Shown here piece after piece: positions 52,799 to 61,939 of a stretch of DNA of 64,000 bases. The translations under genes were made by a program, and so were the position numbers. Origin of the DNA: Candidatus Binatia bacterium (GTDB lineage Bacteria; Desulfobacterota; Binatia; HRBIN30). Under the pieces are notes generated by a model. That model had not been told where the DNA came from. It did no database searches and worked only from the letters and a program-made list of their open reading frames with translations. Each line of letters begins with the position of its first letter. Within the stretch, counting starts at the first letter, position 1. The stretch covers positions 160,001-224,000 of the forward strand of contig JBBRSP010000009.1 in NCBI GenBank assembly GCA_038245295.1. The letters are read 5' to 3'.

Positions 52799-53932
52799 AT
52801 GGACTTCGGCATTCGAGAAGAAGAGCAGACAGTGATTGACCTGGCGCGCAAAATCCTCGTGGACCGCGTGACCAACCAGCGGATGAAGGCACACGAGGCG
52901 AGCGGCGACGCCTACGATGCCACCCTGTGGCAGAGCCTGGTGCGATCGAATCTGCTCGGGACGGCAATCCCCGAGGCCTACGGTGGAACCGACCTCGGTT
53001 TCCTGGCGCTGTGCTTATTCCTGCAGGAGATCGGGCGGACGGTGGCCCCGGTCCCCGTATTCCCCTCGCTCGTGCTCGGTGCCCTCCCGCTCGCCGAATT
53101 CGGCAGCGAGGCGCAGAAGCAAAAATGGTTGCCCGAGATTGCGCGCGGCGAGCGGATTGTGACGGCCGCGCTGAGTGAGTTCGAGTCAAGCGACCCCCGG
53201 GCGCCAAGGACTCGGGTCGAGTCGACGAGCGACGGATACTGTATCACCGGAATCAAAACGAATGTTCCGAGTGCCGAGCAAGCCTCGCAGATCCTCGTGC
53301 CGGGACGCTTTGACGACGGCTCGATCGGGTTGTTCTTCGTAGAGCCGCGAAGCGACGGCGTGACGCTGGCGACCCAGACGACGTCGGACCGCCAGCCGCA
53401 CGCCCAGCTGCAACTGGTCGGCGTTCGCGTCACCGAGGATGCGCGACTCGATTCGGAAGGGCGGGGAGCCGAGGCTCTGCGCTGGCTGTTCAACCGGGCC
53501 ACGGCAGCGCGATGCATGATGCAGCTCGGCGTGACGGAGCGCGCGCTCGAGATGACCGCGGAGTACAGCCGCAACCGAATCCAGTTCGACCGTGCGCTCG
53601 GCAGCTTTCAGGCCTTCCACCAGCGCGCCGCCGATGCCTACATCAACGTCGAGGCTGTCCGACTCAGCGCCTTGGAAGCGGTCTGGCGCCTCTCCCGGCA
53701 ACTGCCTGCCGATGAACATGTCGCCGTCGCCAAGTTCTGGGCCGCTGAGGGTGGACAGTCGGCTGCCTTCGCCTGCCAGCATCTGCACGGCGGCATCGGC
53801 ATCGACGTCGACTACCCCCTGCATCGCCATTTCTTGTGGGCCATCCAGATCGAGCACGAGCTCGGGTCGGCGCGGCACCAACTCGAGCGCCTGGGCAGGC
53901 AGATGGCGGCGAGCGGGTTGCCTACGGGCTAG
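52799..53932 (+). CDS. Acyl-CoA dehydrogenase partner subunit (FadE27/ChsE5-like)
   Basis: RIQFDRALGSFQA, AKFWA and QHLHGGIGIDVDYPLHR. Confidence 0.92.
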   Translation: MDFGIREEEQTVIDLARKILVDRVTNQRMKAHEASGDAYDATLWQSLVRSNLLGTAIPEAYGGTDLGFLALCLFLQEIGRTVAPVPVFPSLVLGALPLAEFGSEAQKQKWLPEIARGERIVTAALSEFESSDPRAPRTRVESTSDGYCITGIKTNVPSAEQASQILVPGRFDDGSIGLFFVEPRSDGVTLATQTTSDRQPHAQLQLVGVRVTEDARLDSEGRGAEALRWLFNRATAARCMMQLGVTERALEMTAEYSRNRIQFDRALGSFQAFHQRAADAYINVEAVRLSALEAVWRLSRQLPADEHVAVAKFWAAEGGQSAAFACQHLHGGIGIDVDYPLHRHFLWAIQIEHELGSARHQLERLGRQMAASGLPTG

Positions 53933-54794
53933 AAATGTCTCTTAGCGGGTTGCCTGTGAATCGGTCACCAACCTCGCCGCGAAACCCGAAGACGAATGGG
54001 TGCGGCGAGTGCAAGAGGTGAACCAGCGTCTAACTTCGACCCCGATCGGCGTCCAATCGAGACTCCGAGTGACGTCGTGGATATCCAATGTTCCCTGCGG
54101 CTTGTTTGATCTCTGGTGGGTCAATCTTGGATGCCGATCAGGCAGCAGACCTCAAGCCGATTGACAGACAGAGACGCAGATCAAAATGACGGATGTGTTC
54201 TTTTCTTCGATCTCTACCGCCATCGGATCCGTTGGGTTGGCACGGGTTGCTGCTGCGACCGATACTCTCCGACGGCTCGATGCAGGTGAAGTGATCGGGC
54301 GCCGCAAGCTAATCTGGAGGAACCTGGAAACATCTTACGATCTGAGCGTTGGACCGTCCTGCTCTTGGCGTCCGCGACCGCGGCGATTTGTATCCTGCCC
54401 ACCTCCGCAGGCCAACAAGTCGCTGAGCGGTGTCTTCATCCAAGGCGCTGATCTCATGGCACAATCGCCGGGTCTTATGGGTGGGTGTCCCACACGTACT
54501 CCCTCGTCGGGAGGGGCGTACTGGCTCAGGGGGTTCGGCGAGGAGTCCCATCGATGGCGAGAATTGCGGTAGTGTAGATCGGTCCCACGATTTTGATCGG
54601 AGAGTTGCGAAAGTTCGAACAATGGAACGGATTGAGGCACCGGCACACGGCGAAAGCCGCCGGCAACAGCTACTCCCCGCGTCCTGTCGCCACCGCGCTT
54701 ACCTTCGACTCTACGCGATTCTCACGATTGCCGGGAGAATTGCGAGAATCGCAACCGCGTCCCTTAATCGGCCACGCCTCGACACGGCGCGAGC

Positions 54795-55432
54795 TCAAGC
54801 CTCGCCAGTCTGGTTTCCGCGCGGGTGTTGGCGGACGAAGGCCAGGCCGCGATTGCCGAAATGCCCGTGCCCTGCCATGCGCCGGGCCTGTTGGCTCAGC
54901 GCCCGGTCGAGGAGAAAGCCGCAGCGGGCCAGCGCTTCGACCCAGTATTCCTCGGGCTGGCAGTTGACGTGGTGCCAACCCGGCTGACCCGGGGCGGCGT
55001 AGGTCATGAACACGTACTTGCGGCTGGAGGCAAAGGTGGCCAGAAAGTGGTCCGCGAAGCGCTCCTCGACGTGCTCGACGAACTCACAGCTCCACACCAC
55101 GTCGAAGGTCCGCCGCGGGACGAACGGGCCGCGCACGAAGTCGTGTACGATATGTGATTCCGGAACGACACTGTCGCGCTTTGCCTGTGGACTTCCATCA
55201 ACCGCGAGAACCTCGCAACCGGCATCACGAAAGAAGCGGGCGCAGTGACCTTCTCCACAGCCGACGTCGAGAAGCGTGCGTGCCCCGAGCTCGGCGACCA
55301 TCCAGCGCCACATCTGCGGGTACCACGTGGCGGGATCGCCGTGTCGCAACGACGAAACCTCGGGGTCGGCGCGGATGTAACCGCCAAGGTGGCCTGCGTC
55401 GATGTTGGTTACGGGGGTGATGACCGAGTCAC
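54795..55432 (-). CDS. Class I SAM-dependent methyltransferase; apparent 1-nt frameshift near the start
   Basis: LDVGCGEG, VDGS, EFVEHVEE and GWHHVNCQ. The open frame extends to HLGGYI upstream of TTG 55349. The coupled GTG at 55432 is one base out of frame at a C5 run. Confidence 0.8.
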
Positions 55433-57171
55433 GCCGGCGCCCCGAGACCGACCGCGGCTTCCCACGCCGCCACCGTGCGCAGCCGTCCCAACCCGTACCG
55501 ACCGAGGGTGCTCGGATCGCCGCCGACGTAGAACAACGCCTGGAGGCGGCGAAGCATTTCCTGCGTGCGCTCCGTCTGCCACCGAGTGCTTTTTGCTTCC
55601 CAGACCTTGTGCCGATTGCCGTCGGGATAGTTCGCGTAGTCGAGATGCCAGACCTGAATGTCGTCCGGCAGGTACATGTCGTAACCGTGTGTGAACGTGC
55701 GCAACGCGAGCGGCGCCTCGTGCCCCGCGTGGATCATCGCCGCGTCCTCCGGCACCTCGCGAATCCATGCCCCGTGGGTGAAGACGAAGTTGCAGCAGAT
55801 GAGCCCGGTGCTCTGGTGACGGTCGGACTTACGCTGCGGGGACATCTGGATGTCAATCCAGCCGTCGGGCTCGATGCGCCTGCAGGTCAGCAAGGGAACG
55901 CCGTCGTACTCCGTGCCCGCCCACGGCAGAACGACGCGACCCTGCGCATCGAAGGTGAAAGGGGGCGAGCTGGTGGTGAGCAGCGGCTTGCGTCCCGGCT
56001 TGCCTTCGAGTTGGTCGATGAGGTTCTCGTCCCAACCCGGCGCCAGATAGCTGTGCGAGTCGAGGAGCAGGTGATACTCCTCGCCGGCGTAGAGCTTCTG
56101 TATGTCGGCGCGAGCCCAGCCGTAGCCGAGACTGGCGTAGTACGGATAGCGGCGAATGCGGAAGCGTGGGTCGTCGCCATAGTCGTCGAGCTGCTCGTCC
56201 TCGTCGGCTTGCCAACAGATGCCGAAGGTCAAACGCTCCGGGTGTTGCGCTTGCCGGAGCAGGGAGTCGATCGTGAAGGGGAGGAACTGATCTCGGTAGG
56301 AGGCGATCGAAACGAAGATGCGCGGCCGAGCCGCTGGCTGGGGCGCGCGCGCCTTGAAGAAGCGTTGGTGGAACTCGAGGATGTGGTCGGCGCTCAAGCT
56401 GCGGAAATGGTAGTGGAAGGCGTTGGGCACCGGCCGATGCTCGTGCGGCGGCGCCTTCACATAGTCCACCGTGCCCTGTGGGCAGGGGAAAAAGATGTGG
56501 TCGGGGGTGAGCGGCCGTTGCTGCGCGATGTCCTCGAGGAAGGACGCCAGTCGAATCCGGCTCATGTGCGCCGCGATCCAATGTCCCATCGTGACATCGT
56601 CACGAAATCCGAAGGCGTTGCCTTCGATGATCTCGTTCCTGTGGCGCCCCAGCTCGCGCGCAACGTCGACCGACAGGATCATGGAGGCGCCGCTGACGAA
56701 CGGCCCCGTCCCCGACACGTCTATCCCGATAGCGCCGGCCACGACGCGCTGGGGAGACAGCGAATCTGCATAGCGGGCCAAGGTGTGCTGATCGACGTAA
56801 CTAGCAGCACACACCGTGTAGATCAGGTCGTACCTGTCGGTTGCGGCGAGATGCGCGAAGGCGATCAGGCGTTTGCGTAAGATACAATCCACCTGCCGGC
56901 TCAACTGATCGGCGCAGCCGGCGATCAGCACGCCATCGATCTCGCAGATACCGTCGTCCGCAACGACCGGTACCGCTCCACCAATGTGGCGCGATAGCAC
57001 GTCGTACGCCTGTGGATCGCCGGGGTTGCCGTAGAGGTAGTAGATATCGAGGCCAGGCACCGTCGTACTGCCCCAGGTGCGCCGGATCGCCTCGATCAGC
57101 TCATCGTACGGGGGTGAAGCGCATGCGAGTACTACGATGGCGATGCGGTTCGACATTCTGGTTGGGCTCAC
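55429..57171 (-). CDS. Bifunctional glycosyltransferase: GT31-like domain plus GT60 (Skp1 Gnt1-like Hyp GlcNAc-transferase) domain
   Basis: N-terminal IRRTWG, SGASMILS.D and DDVTMG. C-terminal IFVSIASYRD, A.HPERL.FG, SLGYGWAR, LLDSH....GWD and LALRTFTHGYD. Confidence 0.8.
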   Translation of the reverse strand: MSPTRMSNRIAIVVLACASPPYDELIEAIRRTWGSTTVPGLDIYYLYGNPGDPQAYDVLSRHIGGAVPVVADDGICEIDGVLIAGCADQLSRQVDCILRKRLIAFAHLAATDRYDLIYTVCAASYVDQHTLARYADSLSPQRVVAGAIGIDVSGTGPFVSGASMILSVDVARELGRHRNEIIEGNAFGFRDDVTMGHWIAAHMSRIRLASFLEDIAQQRPLTPDHIFFPCPQGTVDYVKAPPHEHRPVPNAFHYHFRSLSADHILEFHQRFFKARAPQPAARPRIFVSIASYRDQFLPFTIDSLLRQAQHPERLTFGICWQADEDEQLDDYGDDPRFRIRRYPYYASLGYGWARADIQKLYAGEEYHLLLDSHSYLAPGWDENLIDQLEGKPGRKPLLTTSSPPFTFDAQGRVVLPWAGTEYDGVPLLTCRRIEPDGWIDIQMSPQRKSDRHQSTGLICCNFVFTHGAWIREVPEDAAMIHAGHEAPLALRTFTHGYDMYLPDDIQVWHLDYANYPDGNRHKVWEAKSTRWQTERTQEMLRRLQALFYVGGDPSTLGRYGLGRLRTVAAWEAAVGLGAPA

Positions 57172-57214
57172 GGGCGCAAGAATGCCATCGACGGGGGAGC
57201 GGCGCTCGCCTCGC

Positions 57215-58354
57215 TCATGCCGGCTCCAGGTCCAGCGCTCCGACGTTGTGGAGCTGATCGATCACCGACTGGAGGCTGCCGCCCAAGGCGCCGGGCGCCA
57301 ACTGGAAACGGTTTTCGAGTCGGCCCTGGAGGTCCGCCAGGTCGAGCTTACCGTCACAGAGCTCCCAAATGGCGGCCGCAGAGGGGTTTAGGGAGAGCGT
57401 GTCGGAGCGACCGGGTATCTCGAGCAGGGTGCGGTCGAGGACGCGGCCGACACGCACGCCGGGACGCCGCCGCGGCCGCAGCATAGCGTGGTCGCCACCT
57501 GCCGCGCGCCGCGCGCAGTACTCTTCGAGCAGGGCAAGGACCTCGTGTCCGCTTCCGGAGCTCGCGCGTCCGGGGTCGACGCTTGTCCACGGCTGGTAGA
57601 GATGCTGGTTCCACACACTGTCGCCGTCGGCCGACTCGATAGGCTGACCGTAATGGATCAATACCGCCTGGCTTGGGCCCGCCCCCGTGTCGACGCCGAG
57701 ATCGGTCACGGCGTGCGCGATACGAGCCTCGGCGGCGGCGATCGCATAGGCCATGTCGGCAACGCGGTCGCTCTTGCCGTCGACTCCGGCCGCCATTTCC
57801 GCCCGGATGATGCTCATTAGCTCCAGCCACCTGGCAGCCATCCGGCGCAAGTCGCTGGCGTGGATGAGCACCGGCAGGGTCACGGGCGGGAGCGCCAGCC
57901 TGCAGTCGACGCAGAAGTTCTCGAGGAACGCCAGGTTGGGCCCCAACCCGAAGTGCTCCGACCCTGATACCCCGCTGCCGTTGTCAGGCAAGGCCGGCCA
58001 GGCGGTCGCCCGCGCTTGCCCCGGCCCGACCTCGGTTTCCACCGAAGCGCGGAACACGCTATCCGGCCGGACCAGCAGGATCGTACCGTCGATGCGCTCC
58101 GTGAACAGCCACTCGAGCAGCGCCGCGGCGGTGTTGTAGGGTGGGTAGCTGTCGCCGGTGTACGGGTGCGGCGACCAGCACGAGGTGGCAACGACACGCG
58201 CGAGGCGCTGGCGCGGGAGCGGCTCTCCCGGTGCGACGGCGGTCAAGCGGACCAACTCCCCCGGCTGCCGAACGCGGCCCCACGAGTACTCGAGGAGCTC
58301 GGAGCGCCACTGCGCCGCATCGTCGGCTATCGTGCAGAAGACGGTGTAGATCAC
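57215..58354 (-). CDS. GT96/GT95-like (plant peptidyl-Ser/Hyp glycosyltransferase-like) domain fused to C-terminal PqqD/RRE
   Basis: IYTVF..QW....YSW.RVRQPG..RL and WSPHPYTGDSYPPYN. C-terminal LNPSAAAIWELCDG...L...G. The GTG overlaps the upstream TGA. Confidence 0.75.
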   Translation of the reverse strand: MIYTVFCTIADDAAQWRSELLEYSWGRVRQPGELVRLTAVAPGEPLPRQRLARVVATSCWSPHPYTGDSYPPYNTAAALLEWLFTERIDGTILLVRPDSVFRASVETEVGPGQARATAWPALPDNGSGVSGSEHFGLGPNLAFLENFCVDCRLALPPVTLPVLIHASDLRRMAARWLELMSIIRAEMAAGVDGKSDRVADMAYAIAAAEARIAHAVTDLGVDTGAGPSQAVLIHYGQPIESADGDSVWNQHLYQPWTSVDPGRASSGSGHEVLALLEEYCARRAAGGDHAMLRPRRRPGVRVGRVLDRTLLEIPGRSDTLSLNPSAAAIWELCDGKLDLADLQGRLENRFQLAPGALGGSLQSVIDQLHNVGALDLEPA

Positions 58355-59301
58355 CCGCCGCCTCCTGCTGCGACGGGAAGACCCACGAACTGAGGGGCGA
58401 CCACACCACCGCGGAAATGGCCCCAGCCGAGGCGCGTGTCGGGATCGGGCTGGGCGGCGCGGTGTAACCACGTCGTGACGGCGAAACGACTGTCGGCAAA
58501 CTCGCCGGACGGACAACGAACCGGCATCGCCTCGTGAAACTCGGCGCTGCGGAAGACCACCATGCGATTGGAAATCGGCTCGACGCTCTCGAAGGTTGCG
58601 GCCGCTCGTCTCTCGCCGTCCTCCTCGATGCAGTCGTACAGTCGCAGCTCGCCCCCGGCGAAGCCGCGCGGCTGGCGGTGGACGTAGTAGATACACGACA
58701 GTTCTCGCGGGCACGTCGGCGACTCATCGGCATGCACCTTGTAGAACTGGCGGCTGCGCGCCGCGGTGAGCTGCGACTCCACCCCGCTCAAAGGTACAAC
58801 AGGTACACCCAAGGTCCTGGCCAGCAGCGGATACCAGACGAGCAGCCGATTCTGCAGCATGCGCGCATGAGCCGAGTCGCCGAAGCGCGGAATCACGAGG
58901 TTCTGCCGGTGCCCTGCCGTGTCTCCGGCGACCGTGCCGGTCTCGAACTGTTCCTCCGATGCCACCGCAAGGACAAGCATGTCCGCGTGTTCCGCCGGGC
59001 TCAAGAAGTCATCGATGGCCATGTAGTGGGCGCGGCGAATGATGATCGGTTGTGCCCCCCCCGTCGCGTGAGGCTGCACCAGCACCGGGGGTTCGCTGAT
59101 CACCGAGACGACCTGGTCGGCGCGGAACGTGCACGCCACGGTTCCCTCTTGCAGCGGCAATTGGATCAGGTCGCGCGACGTCGGGGACGCCAGCGCCGCA
59201 AACAGGGCGCGCAGCTCGGCGGCGTCCTCCGCCAGTGCCACCTCGTGGGTGTGGCCGCCGGCGAGCTGGACACGCAGTCGAATGGTGCGGACAGCGTTCA
59301 T
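58351..59301 (-). CDS. 2OG-Fe(II) oxygenase, PHD/PhyA-type prolyl 4-hydroxylase-like
   Basis: YKVHAD (HxD), GGELRLY, FHE.MPV and SRFAVTTW; ATGA overlap with the upstream gene. Confidence 0.85.
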   Translation of the reverse strand: MNAVRTIRLRVQLAGGHTHEVALAEDAAELRALFAALASPTSRDLIQLPLQEGTVACTFRADQVVSVISEPPVLVQPHATGGAQPIIIRRAHYMAIDDFLSPAEHADMLVLAVASEEQFETGTVAGDTAGHRQNLVIPRFGDSAHARMLQNRLLVWYPLLARTLGVPVVPLSGVESQLTAARSRQFYKVHADESPTCPRELSCIYYVHRQPRGFAGGELRLYDCIEEDGERRAAATFESVEPISNRMVVFRSAEFHEAMPVRCPSGEFADSRFAVTTWLHRAAQPDPDTRLGWGHFRGGVVAPQFVGLPVAAGGGG

Positions 59302-61337
59302 GACCTCACCGTCGGATCGCCCGGATCGTCCAGATCGCGTATTCCGTGCAGATCTTGCCAATCCGACAGTAAGCGCACAGCCTCCTGAGCATCGCTGAAT
59401 CGCAGTTGCGCCGCCGGCCGACGTTCGGCGACCCGGCACAGGCGCTCGACGGCGCGATTACGGTCGATTTGGAAGTCGAGTGATGCAGTGATCAGTTCCG
59501 CAACCGCTGCCGCGGGTGACAGCGACACGAGAGCCGTGCGCCCGCACAGCTGCTGGACTGCAATCACGATGCTCGCCAGCGGAGTGGGCGTCGGGCGGCG
59601 GCCGCCGTCACCGGCGCTAGAGTCCTCGGCGCCGAACGGCAGCACCAGGTTGTCCTGGACGCGAATGCCGACCACGTCCGACTCGAGCAAGTCCCAGCCC
59701 GCGGACTGCATGGCACTGCCGATCGAGTCGTCGCCGTCGGCGAGATCGCCGACGATCACCAGTGCCTCCCCGGCGCGCGTAAAGGCAGCCCCGTGCAACC
59801 ACGCATGCCGCGGCCGCGCTCGGGTCAGGATCGGTACGGCGAGGCGCTTCACAAGGCCGCCGAGCTGGGCTGCGTCCGCTACCTCGCCAAGGTGTTTCCC
59901 GTCGTGCACGACGACATGGTTGGTGGTGCCGGAGACGATTTCGAATTCGGTGATGACATTGCACGGTAGCTGCCCCGGACCGCCGTCGAAGCTTGCGCCG
60001 ACCCGAGACAACACATGCGGAGTGCGGCTGCGGATGGCGATCTGCAGGTTCTCAAAGGTCAAGTAGACGCTGTCCAGCGCTGCTGCTCCGGAGTGAGCGC
60101 GTATGACCAAGGGCGGGTGGGCGGATATATTCGCCGGCGCGCCGGTGGCGAGGCTCTGCGGGGTGAGGAAACTCTCGGGCCACTCGCGCATCCACGCCGG
60201 GTTGATGCGCTGGGTGACGCGATTCCAAGAATACGGCCCCTCGGACTCTTCGATCATGACGCCGCGATCGAGCCCGACGCAGTCGCTGATGGCGTGTCGA
60301 CCACGCTGGAGCGAAACACCGGTGGCGGGTATCTCGTTCCACAGAAACCGGAAGGGCTCGTGCTTGCCGCGATTACCCCGGTAACGCTGGATGAGCGAGG
60401 TGAACGTGCTGGTCATCGTTCCGATGAAGTTCTTCGACTCGGCGGCGACCAGTTGCGAGAGGTAGGCCAGGCTCAGGCTGTCTTGCTGCGGCAGCTGCGT
60501 GAAGTCGGCCGCGTAGGCATCGAGAATGTGCCAATCGATGAAGAAATGACGCGGATAGGCGAGCGTCAGCGGTCGGAAGAAGGGATCGTCACGCTCGTCG
60601 GTGACGATGACGAGGGGATCGTTGCGGTCGAAGATCTGGTCGAGCGCCTCGATCGCGTCCTCCGGCTGCCGGTCGAGCGTGGTGACTCCGTAGGTGACTT
60701 TGAAATCGCCGCGCCGCATATGCACGGCGTTGAACGAGCCGAGGTCCGCCGCCACTCGTTTGGCCAGATCGGCGAACGGTGGCTTGGGGCGCATGTTTTC
60801 GAGAAGGCGATGTACCGAACGCCGCAACTCGGCGTCGAGATAGAACTGGTAAGAGTAGAAGCAAAGATTGTTGCGGCGCCGTGGTTGCGACGGATCGGTG
60901 CCCGGTACAAACGGACTCTCCGAGAGCCTCAGCACGGGGAATCGGTCGAGGTCTTCGCCGACGGTGAGCCAGTGCTCGCGCCCCCGGGCGAAGCCGCGTG
61001 CCTGTGCAGAAGACAGGTCCAGGGTGCACGGGAAGTAGAAGGCCACATCGCCGAGAGAGTGGTCGGTGAGCTCGAGTGCCTCGAGACCCTCCAGATCGAC
61101 CGACGCGCTGTCGGCCCACGGCACCGGCAGGTCGATGAGGTCGGTGATCCGGCTCGGGCGCTCGTTGCTCACCCGGCCGTTGTAGGAAACGATGTTGGCC
61201 GGAGGAGAGATGTTCCCTTCGAGCACCAGAAAGCGATTGGTCAGGTGCGCCAGGATCACGCCGATCTCGATCGACATGACGCCGTTGCTCAGTCCGGCGT
61301 TGCCGGACATGTAGTTGGTGTAAGAGAGATGTCTCAT
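59298..61337 (-). CDS. O-fucosyltransferase-like (GT-B) domain fused to a degenerate HPr-kinase-like domain
   Basis: GLSN...LAHLTNRFLVL, AVHMRRGDF, IVTDE and FIGTMTSTFT. C-terminal LHGAAF..AGEALVIVG...GWDLLESD. Confidence 0.78.
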   Translation of the reverse strand: MRHLSYTNYMSGNAGLSNGVMSIEIGVILAHLTNRFLVLEGNISPPANIVSYNGRVSNERPSRITDLIDLPVPWADSASVDLEGLEALELTDHSLGDVAFYFPCTLDLSSAQARGFARGREHWLTVGEDLDRFPVLRLSESPFVPGTDPSQPRRRNNLCFYSYQFYLDAELRRSVHRLLENMRPKPPFADLAKRVAADLGSFNAVHMRRGDFKVTYGVTTLDRQPEDAIEALDQIFDRNDPLVIVTDERDDPFFRPLTLAYPRHFFIDWHILDAYAADFTQLPQQDSLSLAYLSQLVAAESKNFIGTMTSTFTSLIQRYRGNRGKHEPFRFLWNEIPATGVSLQRGRHAISDCVGLDRGVMIEESEGPYSWNRVTQRINPAWMREWPESFLTPQSLATGAPANISAHPPLVIRAHSGAAALDSVYLTFENLQIAIRSRTPHVLSRVGASFDGGPGQLPCNVITEFEIVSGTTNHVVVHDGKHLGEVADAAQLGGLVKRLAVPILTRARPRHAWLHGAAFTRAGEALVIVGDLADGDDSIGSAMQSAGWDLLESDVVGIRVQDNLVLPFGAEDSSAGDGGRRPTPTPLASIVIAVQQLCGRTALVSLSPAAAVAELITASLDFQIDRNRAVERLCRVAERRPAAQLRFSDAQEAVRLLSDWQDLHGIRDLDDPGDPTVRS

Positions 61338-61939
61338 GGCGCTGATCGAGTCGGCGCGATCGGGTGGTAGTGGACGAAGATGGCAGCGTAGTAGTCGCCG
61401 TGCAGGGGATAAGGCCGCCCATGCGCGAGGCGGGTGCCCTCGTAGAAAACCAACTCGCCGGGTGCCAGATCGATCTGGCTCACCGTGTCATCGATGGTCT
61501 CGAGATGCAGCGGCCACGGGCTGTCGAGTGCGAAGTCGATGCAGATTGCCGAGCTGATGACGTGGGTCGAGCGATCCACGTGAGTAGAGAGGAAGGTGCC
61601 ACGCTGATAGACGCGTATGCCGTAACAATAGGAGACGGCCAGCCGCATGCCCGCCCAGGCCTCGTGCTCCGGCTGCAGATCCAGGGCGAGCTGTGCGTTG
61701 AACTCTTTGTCTTCATAGATGAGGGAAGGAATCGTACCGCGATCGGCATTGCCGATCTCATCGATCTTGCCCTCGGCACGAAAGCGGTCGGCGTTGATCT
61801 GCAGATGGTCGAGCAAGCGGGCGTGGACGGCAGGAGAGAGGGCGCCCCGGCAAAAGCCCAACCCCCGGTAGTGGGCCGCGGCTTGCATTTCACTCTGCCG
61901 TTGCCGGAGGAAGGCAGGGGCTTCGAGCTCGGGAATCAC
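61334..61939 (-). CDS. 2OG-Fe(II) oxygenase
   Basis: YGIRVY..G..L..HVD, WPL, YEG...HGRP and IFVHY. Confidence 0.82.
   Translation of the reverse strand: MIPELEAPAFLRQRQSEMQAAAHYRGLGFCRGALSPAVHARLLDHLQINADRFRAEGKIDEIGNADRGTIPSLIYEDKEFNAQLALDLQPEHEAWAGMRLAVSYCYGIRVYQRGTFLSTHVDRSTHVISSAICIDFALDSPWPLHLETIDDTVSQIDLAPGELVFYEGTRLAHGRPYPLHGDYYAAIFVHYHPIAPTRSAP

Noticed and set aside
53940..54790. Possible gene or mobile-element remnant
   Set aside because: No recognisable protein motif or terminal repeats; only one GGGTGTCC motif.
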